From the NCBI GenBank assembly GCA_035296885.1, contig DATHAB010000055.1, positions 1 through 55,839 on the forward strand: a stretch of 55,839 nt of DNA. The letters run 5' to 3'. The notes beneath the pieces are model-generated. The model worked only from the letters and a program-made list of their open reading frames with translations. It did no database searches and was not told where the DNA came from. The DNA comes from Rubrobacteraceae bacterium (GTDB lineage Bacteria > Actinomycetota > Rubrobacteria > Rubrobacterales > Rubrobacteraceae). The translations under genes were made by a program, and so were the position numbers. Below are positions 9,284 through 18,039 of this stretch, piece by piece (position 1 is the stretch's first letter; every line of letters begins with the position of its first letter).

Positions 9284-10110
9284 GTCTCGCCTCCCACCAC
9301 CGCGAGGATCTGCTCCTCGTCAAGCGTTGCCTCAACACCCCGCAAGAGCCGCAGGGTATACTCCACGTTCCCTGCCCGCCTGCCGGCGACAGGCGAACGC
9401 GCGACTCCCACAGCACCGAATCCTACGGGCTCGAACGCTTTTGCCACCCCACGTACCGCCACCGCACGTGCCACCGGATCACGCACGAGCCCGCCGCGCG
9501 TTACGTGCTCTGGGCCAGCCTCAAACTGAGGCTTGACTAGTACCACCGCCTCGATTATGGAGGCCGTCGTCGAGAGGAGATTTTCGAGCGCTACCACGAG
9601 CGAGATAAAAGAGAGGTCAGCGACGAGCAGATCCGGCGCGAACGGCAGATCCTTACCCGAAAGATGCCTAACGTTGGTGCGCTCCATTACCAAGACATGC
9701 GGATCGTTCCTCAAACGCCAGTCGAGCTGGCCATAACCGACGTCCACAGCGATTACCCTGTCCGCTTTGCGCCTTAGCAAAACGTCCGTGAAACCGCCAG
9801 TGGACACCCCCGCGTCCAGGCAATCGCGGCCCTCTACCTCGATCCCGAAAACGTCTAGAGCGTGGGCGAGCTTCTCCCCGGCTCTGGAGACGAAGGGAGC
9901 AGGCTTATCGACGTGGAGGTTTGCGTCTGTGTCGACACGAAAGCCCGCCTTGTTGACGACCTCACCCTCAACCCGTACGGCGCCGGCCATGATAAGAGCC
10001 TGAGCCCGCGCTCGGCTCTCGGCGATACCCCTACCGACGAGCAGGGCGTCTAGCCGCGATCGGGTGTTTTGCGTGGCGCTTCGGGAGGCATCTGAGGCAG
10101 GAGGAGGCAG
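9280..10110 (-). CDS. tlyA: TlyA-family rRNA 2'-O-methyltransferase; start extended to a probable CTG
   Basis: FVSRAGEKL, STGGFTD, DLSFISL, VKPQFE; S4 domain RLDALLVGRGIAESRARAQALI lies in frame upstream of ATG 9990. Confidence 0.93.
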   Translation of the reverse strand: MPPPASDASRSATQNTRSRLDALLVGRGIAESRARAQALIMAGAVRVEGEVVNKAGFRVDTDANLHVDKPAPFVSRAGEKLAHALDVFGIEVEGRDCLDAGVSTGGFTDVLLRRKADRVIAVDVGYGQLDWRLRNDPHVLVMERTNVRHLSGKDLPFAPDLLVADLSFISLVVALENLLSTTASIIEAVVLVKPQFEAGPEHVTRGGLVRDPVARAVAVRGVAKAFEPVGFGAVGVARSPVAGRRAGNVEYTLRLLRGVEATLDEEQILAVVGGET

Positions 10111-10153
10111 TCTGGGAGCTCCTTTCGTCCCCTACGTTAGTTCGGTGGGGTCG

Positions 10154-11095
10154 CTAATGGCCTCGATGGCGGACAAAAAGCACCAACTCCTGCAGGCTTG
10201 AGGTGTCGCCATCTACCGCGGAGAGGGCTGCAATTGCTTTCTCGGCAGCCTTGTCCGCTTCCTTTTTTGCACCTTCGAGGCCATAGACTTCGACGAACGT
10301 GGCCTTGCCCTGCTCGGCGTCGCTCCCGGCGCTTTTTCCGAGGGCTTCCCGGGTCGAGGTGGCGTTCAATACGTCGTCCACGATTTGGAAGCACAACCCA
10401 AGCTCCATCGCGTACTCAGAGACCGCCGCCTGCTCCGATTCTCCTGCCCCGGCCAGGATCGCGCCTATCATTGCGCTGCTCTTTATAAGGGAGCCGGTCT
10501 TGTACCTGTGAATCATGTGGAGCGTCTCGGAGTCCGCCGTGGCACCTACGCCGGTGTGGTCCATGTCGATGACTTGCCCTCCAACCATCCCTTCTACCCC
10601 CGACGAGTTGGCGAGTTCACGCACTACCGCGAGAACCTGCTCGCACGTACCCTCCTGGTGGACGGTGATCAGGGTCAATGACTCCCCGAAAAAGGCGTCG
10701 CCGGCTAAAATCGCTATCGCCTCGCCGTATTTCTTGTGGACCGTCGGCCGTCCGCGCCTCATGTCGTCGTCATCCATCGCCGGCAGGTCGTCGTGGATCA
10801 GAGAATAGGTATGCACGAGCTCGATAGCCGCGGCGCTCGGCAACACAAGCTCTGGCTCTGCCCCGAAGACGCTCGCCGTCTCCATACACAAGGTTGGACG
10901 CACCCTCTTACCCCCTCCGAGCATCGAGTAGCGCATCGCCTCGACAAGCCTCGAGAGGCTTGGCTCTTCCGAAAAGATCAAGCCCTCAAGGTACGCCTCG
11001 AACCTAGCCCGATGCTCTTCCCAACGCACCCCGGTGCCGCGTGTTGGACTTTTTTGGCGCGAAGCGCTTTGCGTACCTTTGAGCCCCTTATCCAT
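10154..11095 (-). CDS. ispA: Geranyltranstransferase / polyprenyl diphosphate synthase
   Basis: GGKRVRP, LIHDDLPAMDDDDMRRG, GQVID, YKTG, FQIVDD; start reassigned to ATG 11095, overlapping the nusB end. Confidence 0.93.
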   Translation of the reverse strand: MDKGLKGTQSASRQKSPTRGTGVRWEEHRARFEAYLEGLIFSEEPSLSRLVEAMRYSMLGGGKRVRPTLCMETASVFGAEPELVLPSAAAIELVHTYSLIHDDLPAMDDDDMRRGRPTVHKKYGEAIAILAGDAFFGESLTLITVHQEGTCEQVLAVVRELANSSGVEGMVGGQVIDMDHTGVGATADSETLHMIHRYKTGSLIKSSAMIGAILAGAGESEQAAVSEYAMELGLCFQIVDDVLNATSTREALGKSAGSDAEQGKATFVEVYGLEGAKKEADKAAEKAIAALSAVDGDTSSLQELVLFVRHRGH

Positions 11096-11513
11096 GCTCC
11101 ACCCGACGCTCGGGATCTCCCCCCAGTCCAGCCTCCCTCGCCCCCCGCAAGACGCCACCGACGAACTGGGGGGCTTCGTCGCTGGAGAAACCCTTGGCAA
11201 GCTCGATGGCCTCGCCCATAGCCACCTCTGCCGGTACGTCGTCGATGTAGAGCATCTCGTAGAGCGCAAGGCGCAAGACGGTGCGATCGACGGCGCTCAT
11301 GCGGTGGACCGGCCAGCCGACCGCAACCTCGCCGAGAAGCGCGTCCAAAGTCTCCTTCTCCTGTTCGACCCCACGCGAGAGCCTTTCGGCGTACTCCTCG
11401 AGCTCGCCCCGGTGCCTCCGCCAGCGCTCCAAGGTCGGGTCTATAGGCTGGCCTGTAACGTCACTCTGGTAGAGCGACAAAAACGCGTGCTTGCGGGCCG
11501 TGCGTCGGCTCAA
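11088..11513 (-). CDS. nusB: Transcription antitermination factor NusB
   Basis: RRTARK arginine-rich motif, DRTVLRLALYE, EAIELAK, FVGGVL. Confidence 0.96.
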   Translation of the reverse strand: MSRRTARKHAFLSLYQSDVTGQPIDPTLERWRRHRGELEEYAERLSRGVEQEKETLDALLGEVAVGWPVHRMSAVDRTVLRLALYEMLYIDDVPAEVAMGEAIELAKGFSSDEAPQFVGGVLRGAREAGLGGDPERRVEHG

Positions 11514-11519
11514 AGACCC

Positions 11520-12077
11520 CTACGCCCTGGTCAGGTACTCTTTGGTGCGCGTGTCAACCCGCACCTTCTCGCCGACACCAACAAAGAGCGGTACCTGCAC
11601 TACAAGCCCGGTCTCCAAAGTGGCCGGCTTCGAGCCGCCGGTCGCCGTATCGCCCTTGAGGCCCGGATCCGTCTCGGCCACCTCCAGGTCCACGTGCGGC
11701 GGAGGCTCTACACTCACGACCTCCCCATCCGCTGAGAGCACCGTCACCTCTCCGTTCGGGACGATATATCCAGCCGCCTCGTCTATAACCTCAACTGGGA
11801 TAACGATCTGCTCGTAGGTCTCTGAGTCCATAAAGTAGAAGAGCTCCCCGTCGCGGTACAAAAATGTCATCGGACGCGATTGGGTCTTGACGCTCTCGAC
11901 CTTCTCCCCAGCCCTAAAGGTCTTCTCAACTACGGCCCCCGTGTCGATGTTTCTCAAGCGTGTCCTAACAAAGGCCCCTCCCTTGCCCGGCTTTACATGC
12001 TGGAAATACAGGATCATAAAGCGCTTGCCATCAACCTTGATGGCCGCGCCGTTCCTAAACTGGTTGGTTGAGATCAT
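11520..12077 (-). CDS. efp: Elongation factor P
   Basis: [34 protein letters not shown]. Confidence 0.99.
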   Translation of the reverse strand: MISTNQFRNGAAIKVDGKRFMILYFQHVKPGKGGAFVRTRLRNIDTGAVVEKTFRAGEKVESVKTQSRPMTFLYRDGELFYFMDSETYEQIVIPVEVIDEAAGYIVPNGEVTVLSADGEVVSVEPPPHVDLEVAETDPGLKGDTATGGSKPATLETGLVVQVPLFVGVGEKVRVDTRTKEYLTRA

Positions 12078-12315
12078 CGCCCGCGACTGCTCCTCAGTCC
12101 TCTATTTACTCCAGAATCGCCGCGATATTATCGCACAAATCTCGGTGATCCTATGGGGAACTACCGCCAGCAACAAGCCAAGCCGATTATTCTTAACCCG
12201 TGTTGCCACGACGTTCCCGTAAGTTTTACAAGCCGCCCAAGAGCATTGCCTTCCGATCCATCTCAACGTAACATAGCGCCTCTCCCGTACAACTCATGCC
12301 AAACCCTCGCCTCTC

Positions 12316-12747
12316 TCATGAATTGCGACGCTCCAGGACGTAACGAACCGCAGCAGCGTATCCGTATGCGCTCATCCCGGAAACGACCGCGTGTACCGCA
12401 GGTGATACCACCGACCGCCGGCGCCACTCCTCCCTCGCATAAACGTTCGAAAGATGAACCTCAACCTTCGGTACGTCTAACGCCTCTAGAGCGTCGTGAA
12501 GAGCGTAGGAGTAGTGCGTCCAGGCGCCGGGATTTACCACAAGACCCACAGAGCCGACGGCTTCTCGAACAAACTCGATCATCTCGCCCTCGTGGTCCGT
12601 CTGCCTGAACTCGAAGTCTACTCTCGGAAACTCATCCTTTAAAAATTTCTCTATGTCATTCAAGGTTAGTGTTCCGTAGACCTCCGGTCGTCGACTCCCC
12701 AAAGCCCCCATGTTGACGCCGTTCAGAACGAAGATTTTAAGGGCCAA
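12316..12747 (-). CDS. aroQ: Type II 3-dehydroquinate dehydratase
   Basis: LNG.N...LG.R.PEVYG, NPGAWTHYSYAL, EVHLSNVYARE. Confidence 0.97.
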   Translation of the reverse strand: MALKIFVLNGVNMGALGSRRPEVYGTLTLNDIEKFLKDEFPRVDFEFRQTDHEGEMIEFVREAVGSVGLVVNPGAWTHYSYALHDALEALDVPKVEVHLSNVYAREEWRRRSVVSPAVHAVVSGMSAYGYAAAVRYVLERRNS

Positions 12748-13846
12748 GGACGTCCCCTATCACCCGGCGAGCTTCATCAGTGCTTACCGGTACGTCGCGT
12801 ACGGGTCGGCCCACATCTTCAAGGAGTACGAAACGATATTCGCCGACCGCATCCGAAGCGAAGCGCTTCTTGTCGCGCCCCATCGCGTCGAGGACCCTCT
12901 TTACCTCGACAGCGGACACCTTCAGCGGCAAGCTGGCGGCGCGAAGGAGATCCTCATGGGTAGCGAGTAGGTCCGTGCCGAAGCTTTCGCGGGAGAGCCG
13001 GGCAGCGGCGAGCATCCCGACAGCTACAGCCTCGCCATGTGGGAGATCGTAACCAGCGGCGGCTTCGAGGCCGTGGCCGACCGTGTGGCCGTAGTTGAGG
13101 ATAGCGCGAACGCCGGCCTCGCGCTCGTCTTCAGTCACCACCACGGCTTTGGCGCGGACGGAGTGCAGGATTAGGGTCTGTAGAGCTTCCGTGTCGCCGG
13201 CCCGCGCGTGCGCCAAGCTCCTTTTCAGGTCTTCAAAGAACTCGCCACCGGTGAGGAGTCCCATCTTAACCACCTCAGCGAGGCCGTACGAGATCTCGTG
13301 CGGCGGCAAAGTGTCGAGCCAATCGAGGTTCGCCGCGACCAGACGAGGCTGGAGGAAGGCTCCTATGAGGTTCTTGCCCTCAGGGAGGTCAAGCCCGACC
13401 TTGCCCCCGACGGAGCTATCCACCATCGCCAAAAGAGAGGTTGGCAGTTGGACGAGGTTTATGCCACGCGCGTAACTGCTCGCCACGAAACCGCCGAGGT
13501 CGCCTACCACCCCGCCACCGAGCGCGAAGAGCGTTGCGCCTCGCGGCGTCTTCGCCCGGGCAAGCCTGCGGACTACCCCTTCGTAGACCGAGAGGCTCTT
13601 CGAGGCCTCGCCAGCGGGTACTGTCAGCACGTCGTCGGCCAGGTCCCACCCAGCCTCTTTCAGTACCTTTTCCACGAAAGTGGCGTAGAGTGGTCCTACG
13701 TTTGAGTCGGTCAGGAGGACGGCGGTTCCAGGCTTTAGCGTTTCGGATACGGCCGCCTTTAGGTCCAGGTCCGACTCGACGCGGACCTCGTAGGGGGTAG
13801 TCGCCGTAACGGTGACGCTCTCTTTTTTCAACCGCCGCGAAGCCAC
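12737..13846 (-). CDS. aroB: 3-dehydroquinate synthase
   Basis: GGGVVGDLGGF, PTSLLAMVDSSVGGK, LNYGHTVGH, HGEAVAVG. Confidence 0.97.
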   Translation of the reverse strand: MASRRLKKESVTVTATTPYEVRVESDLDLKAAVSETLKPGTAVLLTDSNVGPLYATFVEKVLKEAGWDLADDVLTVPAGEASKSLSVYEGVVRRLARAKTPRGATLFALGGGVVGDLGGFVASSYARGINLVQLPTSLLAMVDSSVGGKVGLDLPEGKNLIGAFLQPRLVAANLDWLDTLPPHEISYGLAEVVKMGLLTGGEFFEDLKRSLAHARAGDTEALQTLILHSVRAKAVVVTEDEREAGVRAILNYGHTVGHGLEAAAGYDLPHGEAVAVGMLAAARLSRESFGTDLLATHEDLLRAASLPLKVSAVEVKRVLDAMGRDKKRFASDAVGEYRFVLLEDVGRPVRDVPVSTDEARRVIGDVLGP

Positions 13847-14331
13847 TCGATTATCTCATCTGAGATCCGGAGGGGAGGACGTCCCTCTGGCTCTATCTGA
13901 AGCGAGGCGACTTCCAGGTAGTATGGGAGGCGCTCGGCGTATCGACGGGAGAAGTCCTCGAAGCTGGTGCCCCTCAAAGGTCTACTTGGACCGCGGGTTC
14001 TCCGGTACAGAACACCCGTATCTTCCCACAAGAACACGGTCGGAACCTCCAAGAAGAGGGCGCGATTGCGTGAGTCTTCGATTACCCCACCGCCACAGGA
14101 GACAACCCTGTTGGTCGGCCCGTCGAGAACGGCGAGGAGTTCTTGGCGTTCGAGGTCGCGGAAGTGGGGCTCGCCCAGAAGGTCGAAGATCTCCGATACC
14201 GAGAGTCCCGCCCTCTCGGCGACCGCCCGATCTAGGTCCACGAATTCCCAGCCTAAGGAACCGGCAACCACGCGTCCCACGGTGCTCTTGCCGCTACCCA
14301 TGTACCCGATGATGGCCAAAGGCCCCTTCAA
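13828..14331 (-). CDS. aroK: Shikimate kinase
   Basis: GYMGSGKST Walker A, DLD, GEPHFRDLE, GGG, RPL. Confidence 0.96.
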   Translation of the reverse strand: MKGPLAIIGYMGSGKSTVGRVVAGSLGWEFVDLDRAVAERAGLSVSEIFDLLGEPHFRDLERQELLAVLDGPTNRVVSCGGGVIEDSRNRALFLEVPTVFLWEDTGVLYRRTRGPSRPLRGTSFEDFSRRYAERLPYYLEVASLQIEPEGRPPLRISDEIIEWLRGG

Positions 14332-14336
14332 AGCCC

Positions 14337-15536
14337 CTAAGAACGCGCCTTCGGGTCTTCCAGGGCGCTGCGACCGGCTTCTTTAAGGCGCGCCAGGTAA
14401 GAGTCGTAGGCGGCCCGGATGTCGGTCATGTTGTCGCCGCCGAACTTTTCCAAAACCGCTTCGGCTAGAACGACGGCGACCATGGACTCCCCAATTACAG
14501 CAGCGGCGGGCACGGCGGCGGTATCCGCCCGCTCCTTAAAGGCGCGCGAGGGCTCGTAGGTGGAGAGGTCTACAGTGCGCAACGCTTGGGCGATGGTGGA
14601 GATCGGCTTCATCGCCGCCGCAACCACGACGGGCTCGCCGTTTGTCATGCCGCCTTCCAAACCGCCGAGGCGGTTGCTCGAGCGCGCGAGGCGAGCTCCT
14701 TCATGGCCATCCTCCAGAATTATCTCGTCTTGCACCTCGCTCGAGCGCCTATTTGCTACCTTGAAGCCCATACCGATCTCGACACCCTTTATGGCGTTGA
14801 TGGACATAACCGCGTGGGCAAGCTTGGCATCGAGCTTGTCACGCCAGTCTACATAAGACCCGAGCCCAGCGGGACACCCTTCCGCCACCACAACGAACTC
14901 CCCACCCAATGCGTCCCGGGCGTATCGGGCCGCGTCGATCTGCGCCTTCATCCTCTCGGTGGCCTCAGGGTCCGGGCAGCGTACCTCAGAGTCGTCGGCG
15001 TTGGCAGCATCCAGGATCGCCTGCTCCTTGTCGAGAGAAGCTTCCCCAACCCGGTACACCGCGCTGTTTATCGTTATGCCAAACTCGGAGAGGAGCTTGC
15101 GAGCAACGCCGCCGGCGGCTACCCGGGCGGTCGTCTCTCGAGCGCTGGAACGTTCGAGGACGTTCCGAAGATCGTCGAAGGCGTACTTCTGCATCCCAGC
15201 CAAGTCCGCGTGTCCGGGCCTGGGTAATGTAATCTTTTTGGTAGGCTCTTCGGGTGGATGAGGGGTCATCCGGGCTTCCCAGTTGGCGTAGTCGTTGTTC
15301 CAGACGAGCATCGCGATTGGGGAACCCAAAGTGCGCCCGTGACGCACGCCGCCTAGGAACTCGACCTCGTCCTTCTCTATCTTCTGGCGCCCGCCCCGCC
15401 CGTAGCCTCTCTGCCTCCGGGAGAGATCCTTGTTTATGTCCTCAGCAACGAGGCTCAAGCCTGCAGGCACCCCATGTAGCAGGGTAACCTCGGCAGGCCC
15501 ATGAGACTCCCCAGCCGTAGAAAAACTGAACCTCAC
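14337..15536 (-). CDS. aroC: Chorismate synthase
   Basis: TAGESHG, RPGHAD, ERSSARET, GGLEGG, MKPIST. Confidence 0.98.
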   Translation of the reverse strand: MRFSFSTAGESHGPAEVTLLHGVPAGLSLVAEDINKDLSRRQRGYGRGGRQKIEKDEVEFLGGVRHGRTLGSPIAMLVWNNDYANWEARMTPHPPEEPTKKITLPRPGHADLAGMQKYAFDDLRNVLERSSARETTARVAAGGVARKLLSEFGITINSAVYRVGEASLDKEQAILDAANADDSEVRCPDPEATERMKAQIDAARYARDALGGEFVVVAEGCPAGLGSYVDWRDKLDAKLAHAVMSINAIKGVEIGMGFKVANRRSSEVQDEIILEDGHEGARLARSSNRLGGLEGGMTNGEPVVVAAAMKPISTIAQALRTVDLSTYEPSRAFKERADTAAVPAAAVIGESMVAVVLAEAVLEKFGGDNMTDIRAAYDSYLARLKEAGRSALEDPKARS

Positions 15537-15806
15537 TGGCTAAGCACACATCCTCTCTAGGTTAGCTCTTAAAAGGCAACCCATACCGTCGCCCTGAGGC
15601 TAATATAAACTACCGACGTTATCAGGTCATCCCGGCGAAGCCAACTCCCTATTCCCTACAACCTACCAGGAGAATAACGCTCTCCCACGCGGACGGCGCA
15701 ACTCCTGTAGTTCACCTCTCAGATGCCGAAAGCATATACACCCACCATCGGAGATCCTCTCCGACTACGGATAGCACAAAGCCCAAGAGCCTGACCACGA
15801 TCGGGA

Positions 15807-16475
15807 TCACGGCGCGTAGCCTTCCTCCTCCACCAAAGAGAGTGCAGCAACCTCTGTATTATCCTTGACGACCGCCTTGCGTCCTACGCTTGAGTTCTGC
15901 CCTAAGACCGCCCGGACCCCAACCCGGCCTCCAGGACCCACGACCGCCCCCGCCGAGACCCACGTCCCGGCCCCGACCACGGCGTCCCGATCAATAACCG
16001 CCCGCGGCCCCACATAGCAGTGGCTCCCTACTGCCGCATCTGGATGCACGACCGCCCCCGCCGCTAAAACCGATCCATCCCCGACGACTGCCTCTGCCGA
16101 CACGTACGCAGCCGGATGCACCGCCGTGAAGAACTGCGCCCCCAGACCTCGGATGGAGTTTGCTATCCGCAGCCGGGCTACGTTGTCGGTTATAGCTACG
16201 ATGACATGCACCGCCTCTACCGAAAGCATGCTCTTTAACACCCCGATGTCGCCAAGCACCGGAAATCCGCGAACCTTATCCGGAAGTGTAGCGTGAGCAT
16301 CGTCGTAAAAACCGATGAGCCAAGCCTCAAATCCTCCCTCAACCAGAACATCTAACGCAAGACGCCCGTAGCCACCGGCGCCTACGATAGCCAGCCTGAA
16401 AGCCTCGTCAAGGGTGGCCTGTTGTACATCAACTTGTGGTTCAGGTATGCTAGTGGTGGTCTCAGGCTGGTTTAT
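15807..16475 (-). CDS. NeuD/PglD-like hexapeptide-repeat acyltransferase homolog; start uncertain (probable ATA)
   Basis: In-frame Rossmann-like LAIVGAGGYG...GFYDD...GFPVLG upstream of GTG 16259, then VHPAA and left-handed beta-helix repeats. Confidence 0.8.
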   Translation of the reverse strand: MNQPETTTSIPEPQVDVQQATLDEAFRLAIVGAGGYGRLALDVLVEGGFEAWLIGFYDDAHATLPDKVRGFPVLGDIGVLKSMLSVEAVHVIVAITDNVARLRIANSIRGLGAQFFTAVHPAAYVSAEAVVGDGSVLAAGAVVHPDAAVGSHCYVGPRAVIDRDAVVGAGTWVSAGAVVGPGGRVGVRAVLGQNSSVGRKAVVKDNTEVAALSLVEEEGYAP

Positions 16476-16517
16476 AGCGCTTTCCTCTCGACAGTATACT
16501 CGGCACCCATACGCGCT

Positions 16518-16526
16518 ATTTTAGCA
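16518..16526 (-). promoter_or_regulatory. Extended -10 promoter (TGcTAAAAT), 7 nt before ATG 16510
   Basis: TGn plus TAnnnT consensus in the gap after fmt. Confidence 0.5.
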
Positions 16527-16600
16527 TCGTTGCTATTGCCTTGCGTCTATCTCTAAATACTGAGCGAGCCAGATACGGAACTTCTAATTGCAGTGCCTCT

Positions 16601-17524
16601 TTAGGAAAAAAAAGCGCCCGAAAGAGACCTGCCTCGAAGGAAATCGCCTGCCGAAAGGGCCTTTCCCCCCGGTATCTGAAGCTCCGTAATCTCCAAAACT
16701 CCTTCCCCACAAGCCACTAAAAGTCGTTTATTTGCAGGTAGAATTACCCCAGACTTTAAGCGCCGAGACTTTTTCTCGAAAATCGTCGAACGCAACACCT
16801 TTATAGGGCCAGAGACCTCGGGATGAAAAGTGCGGGCGCCTATATGTGGTGTAAGGGCCCGAACCATATTGTGTACTTTTTCGACCTCCTCACCCCACCG
16901 GATCACCCTCTCCTTATCTGCAAGTTTAGGCGCAAACGTAGCATTAATATTATCCTGTATGCTTAGGGTTAGAGAATTTTCTTCAAGTAGTAACATAGCT
17001 TCTACTATGGCTTTAGATCCAAGGTTTGCGAGGATTTGCGTGAGTTCCCCGCCGGTCATCTCTGGTAAAACGGGGATGCGACGTTGGATGGCTATGGGGC
17101 CTGTATCGAGCCCTGCGTCCATCCGTATTATGGAGACCCCGGTCTCTCTTTCTCCGGCCATGATCGCGCGTTCTATGGGGGCGGCGCCGCGGTAGTTGGG
17201 GAGCAGCGAGGCGTGGACGTTCCAGGCTCCTAAAGGAGCGGCATACAGGGTGTCGGGGCGCAGGAGCTGGCCGTAGGCCGCGACGACGAGGGCGTCGTGT
17301 TCGGCTATCTCCTTTACAACCTCGCCAATGCGGGCTGGCTGGCGCAAGGGGAGTCCCAGGTCCCGCGCGATCTCGGCCACGGGTGTTGTGGCGAGTTTCT
17401 TGCGTCCGCGACCGCTCCGGCGGTCGGGTTGAGAGATCACGAGCCCCACCTCATGGTCTGAGTCTACGAGGCCGCGCAGAACGGTGGCAGCGAAGTCTGG
17501 GGTGCCGGCGAACGCTAGCTTCAC
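16601..17524 (-). CDS. fmt: Methionyl-tRNA formyltransferase
   Basis: FAGTPDFA, AAYG, NVHASLLPNYRGAAPI, GLDTG. Confidence 0.97.
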   Translation of the reverse strand: MKLAFAGTPDFAATVLRGLVDSDHEVGLVISQPDRRSGRGRKKLATTPVAEIARDLGLPLRQPARIGEVVKEIAEHDALVVAAYGQLLRPDTLYAAPLGAWNVHASLLPNYRGAAPIERAIMAGERETGVSIIRMDAGLDTGPIAIQRRIPVLPEMTGGELTQILANLGSKAIVEAMLLLEENSLTLSIQDNINATFAPKLADKERVIRWGEEVEKVHNMVRALTPHIGARTFHPEVSGPIKVLRSTIFEKKSRRLKSGVILPANKRLLVACGEGVLEITELQIPGGKALSAGDFLRGRSLSGAFFS

Positions 17525-17542
17525 GAAGCCTTTACCCGGGCG

Positions 17543-18037
17543 CTATTGGCGTGCCATGAGGCGTTCTCTGATCTCGCGCATCGCCCTCTTGCGGGACTCG
17601 AGGTCGGTACGGTCGAGGATCAGGACGCCGTTCAAGTGATCTATCTCATGTTGAAAGATACGAGCGAGGAGGCCTTCGGCCTCGAGGCGCACGGTGGTAC
17701 CCGAAGTGTCCTTACCCGAGACCGTCACGGCGTATGGGCGCTCGATCTCGACCCGGGTACCCGGCAGGGAGAGGCAGCCCTCCTCATCCTTCTCCGTGCT
17801 CTCGGAGCTCCATTCGACCATGGGGTTGATGACCACGAACTCCTGGTCTTCGTAGGCGGCGACGAAGATGCGTTTCAAACGGCCTATCTGGTTTGCCGCG
17901 AGGCCCACGCCCTCGTTCTCGCGCATGATCCTCAACATGTCCTGCGCCAAGCGCTCTAGCGACCCGTCGAAGTCCTTTACCGGGGTCGCCCGCGACTTCA
18001 AAACCGGATCTCCGAACGTCCTGATCTCGTACGCCAC
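17543..18037 (-). CDS. def: Peptide deformylase
   Basis: GVGLAANQIG, EGCLS, QHEIDHLNG. Confidence 0.98.
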   Translation of the reverse strand: MAYEIRTFGDPVLKSRATPVKDFDGSLERLAQDMLRIMRENEGVGLAANQIGRLKRIFVAAYEDQEFVVINPMVEWSSESTEKDEEGCLSLPGTRVEIERPYAVTVSGKDTSGTTVRLEAEGLLARIFQHEIDHLNGVLILDRTDLESRKRAMREIRERLMARQ

Positions 18038-18039
18038 TT

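Noticed and set aside
11096-11269. Long N-terminal extensions in the ORF track for ispA, mihF, pyrK, DUF167 and dnaG
   Set aside because: They overlap upstream genes or precede the recognisable family N-terminus; starts were reassigned
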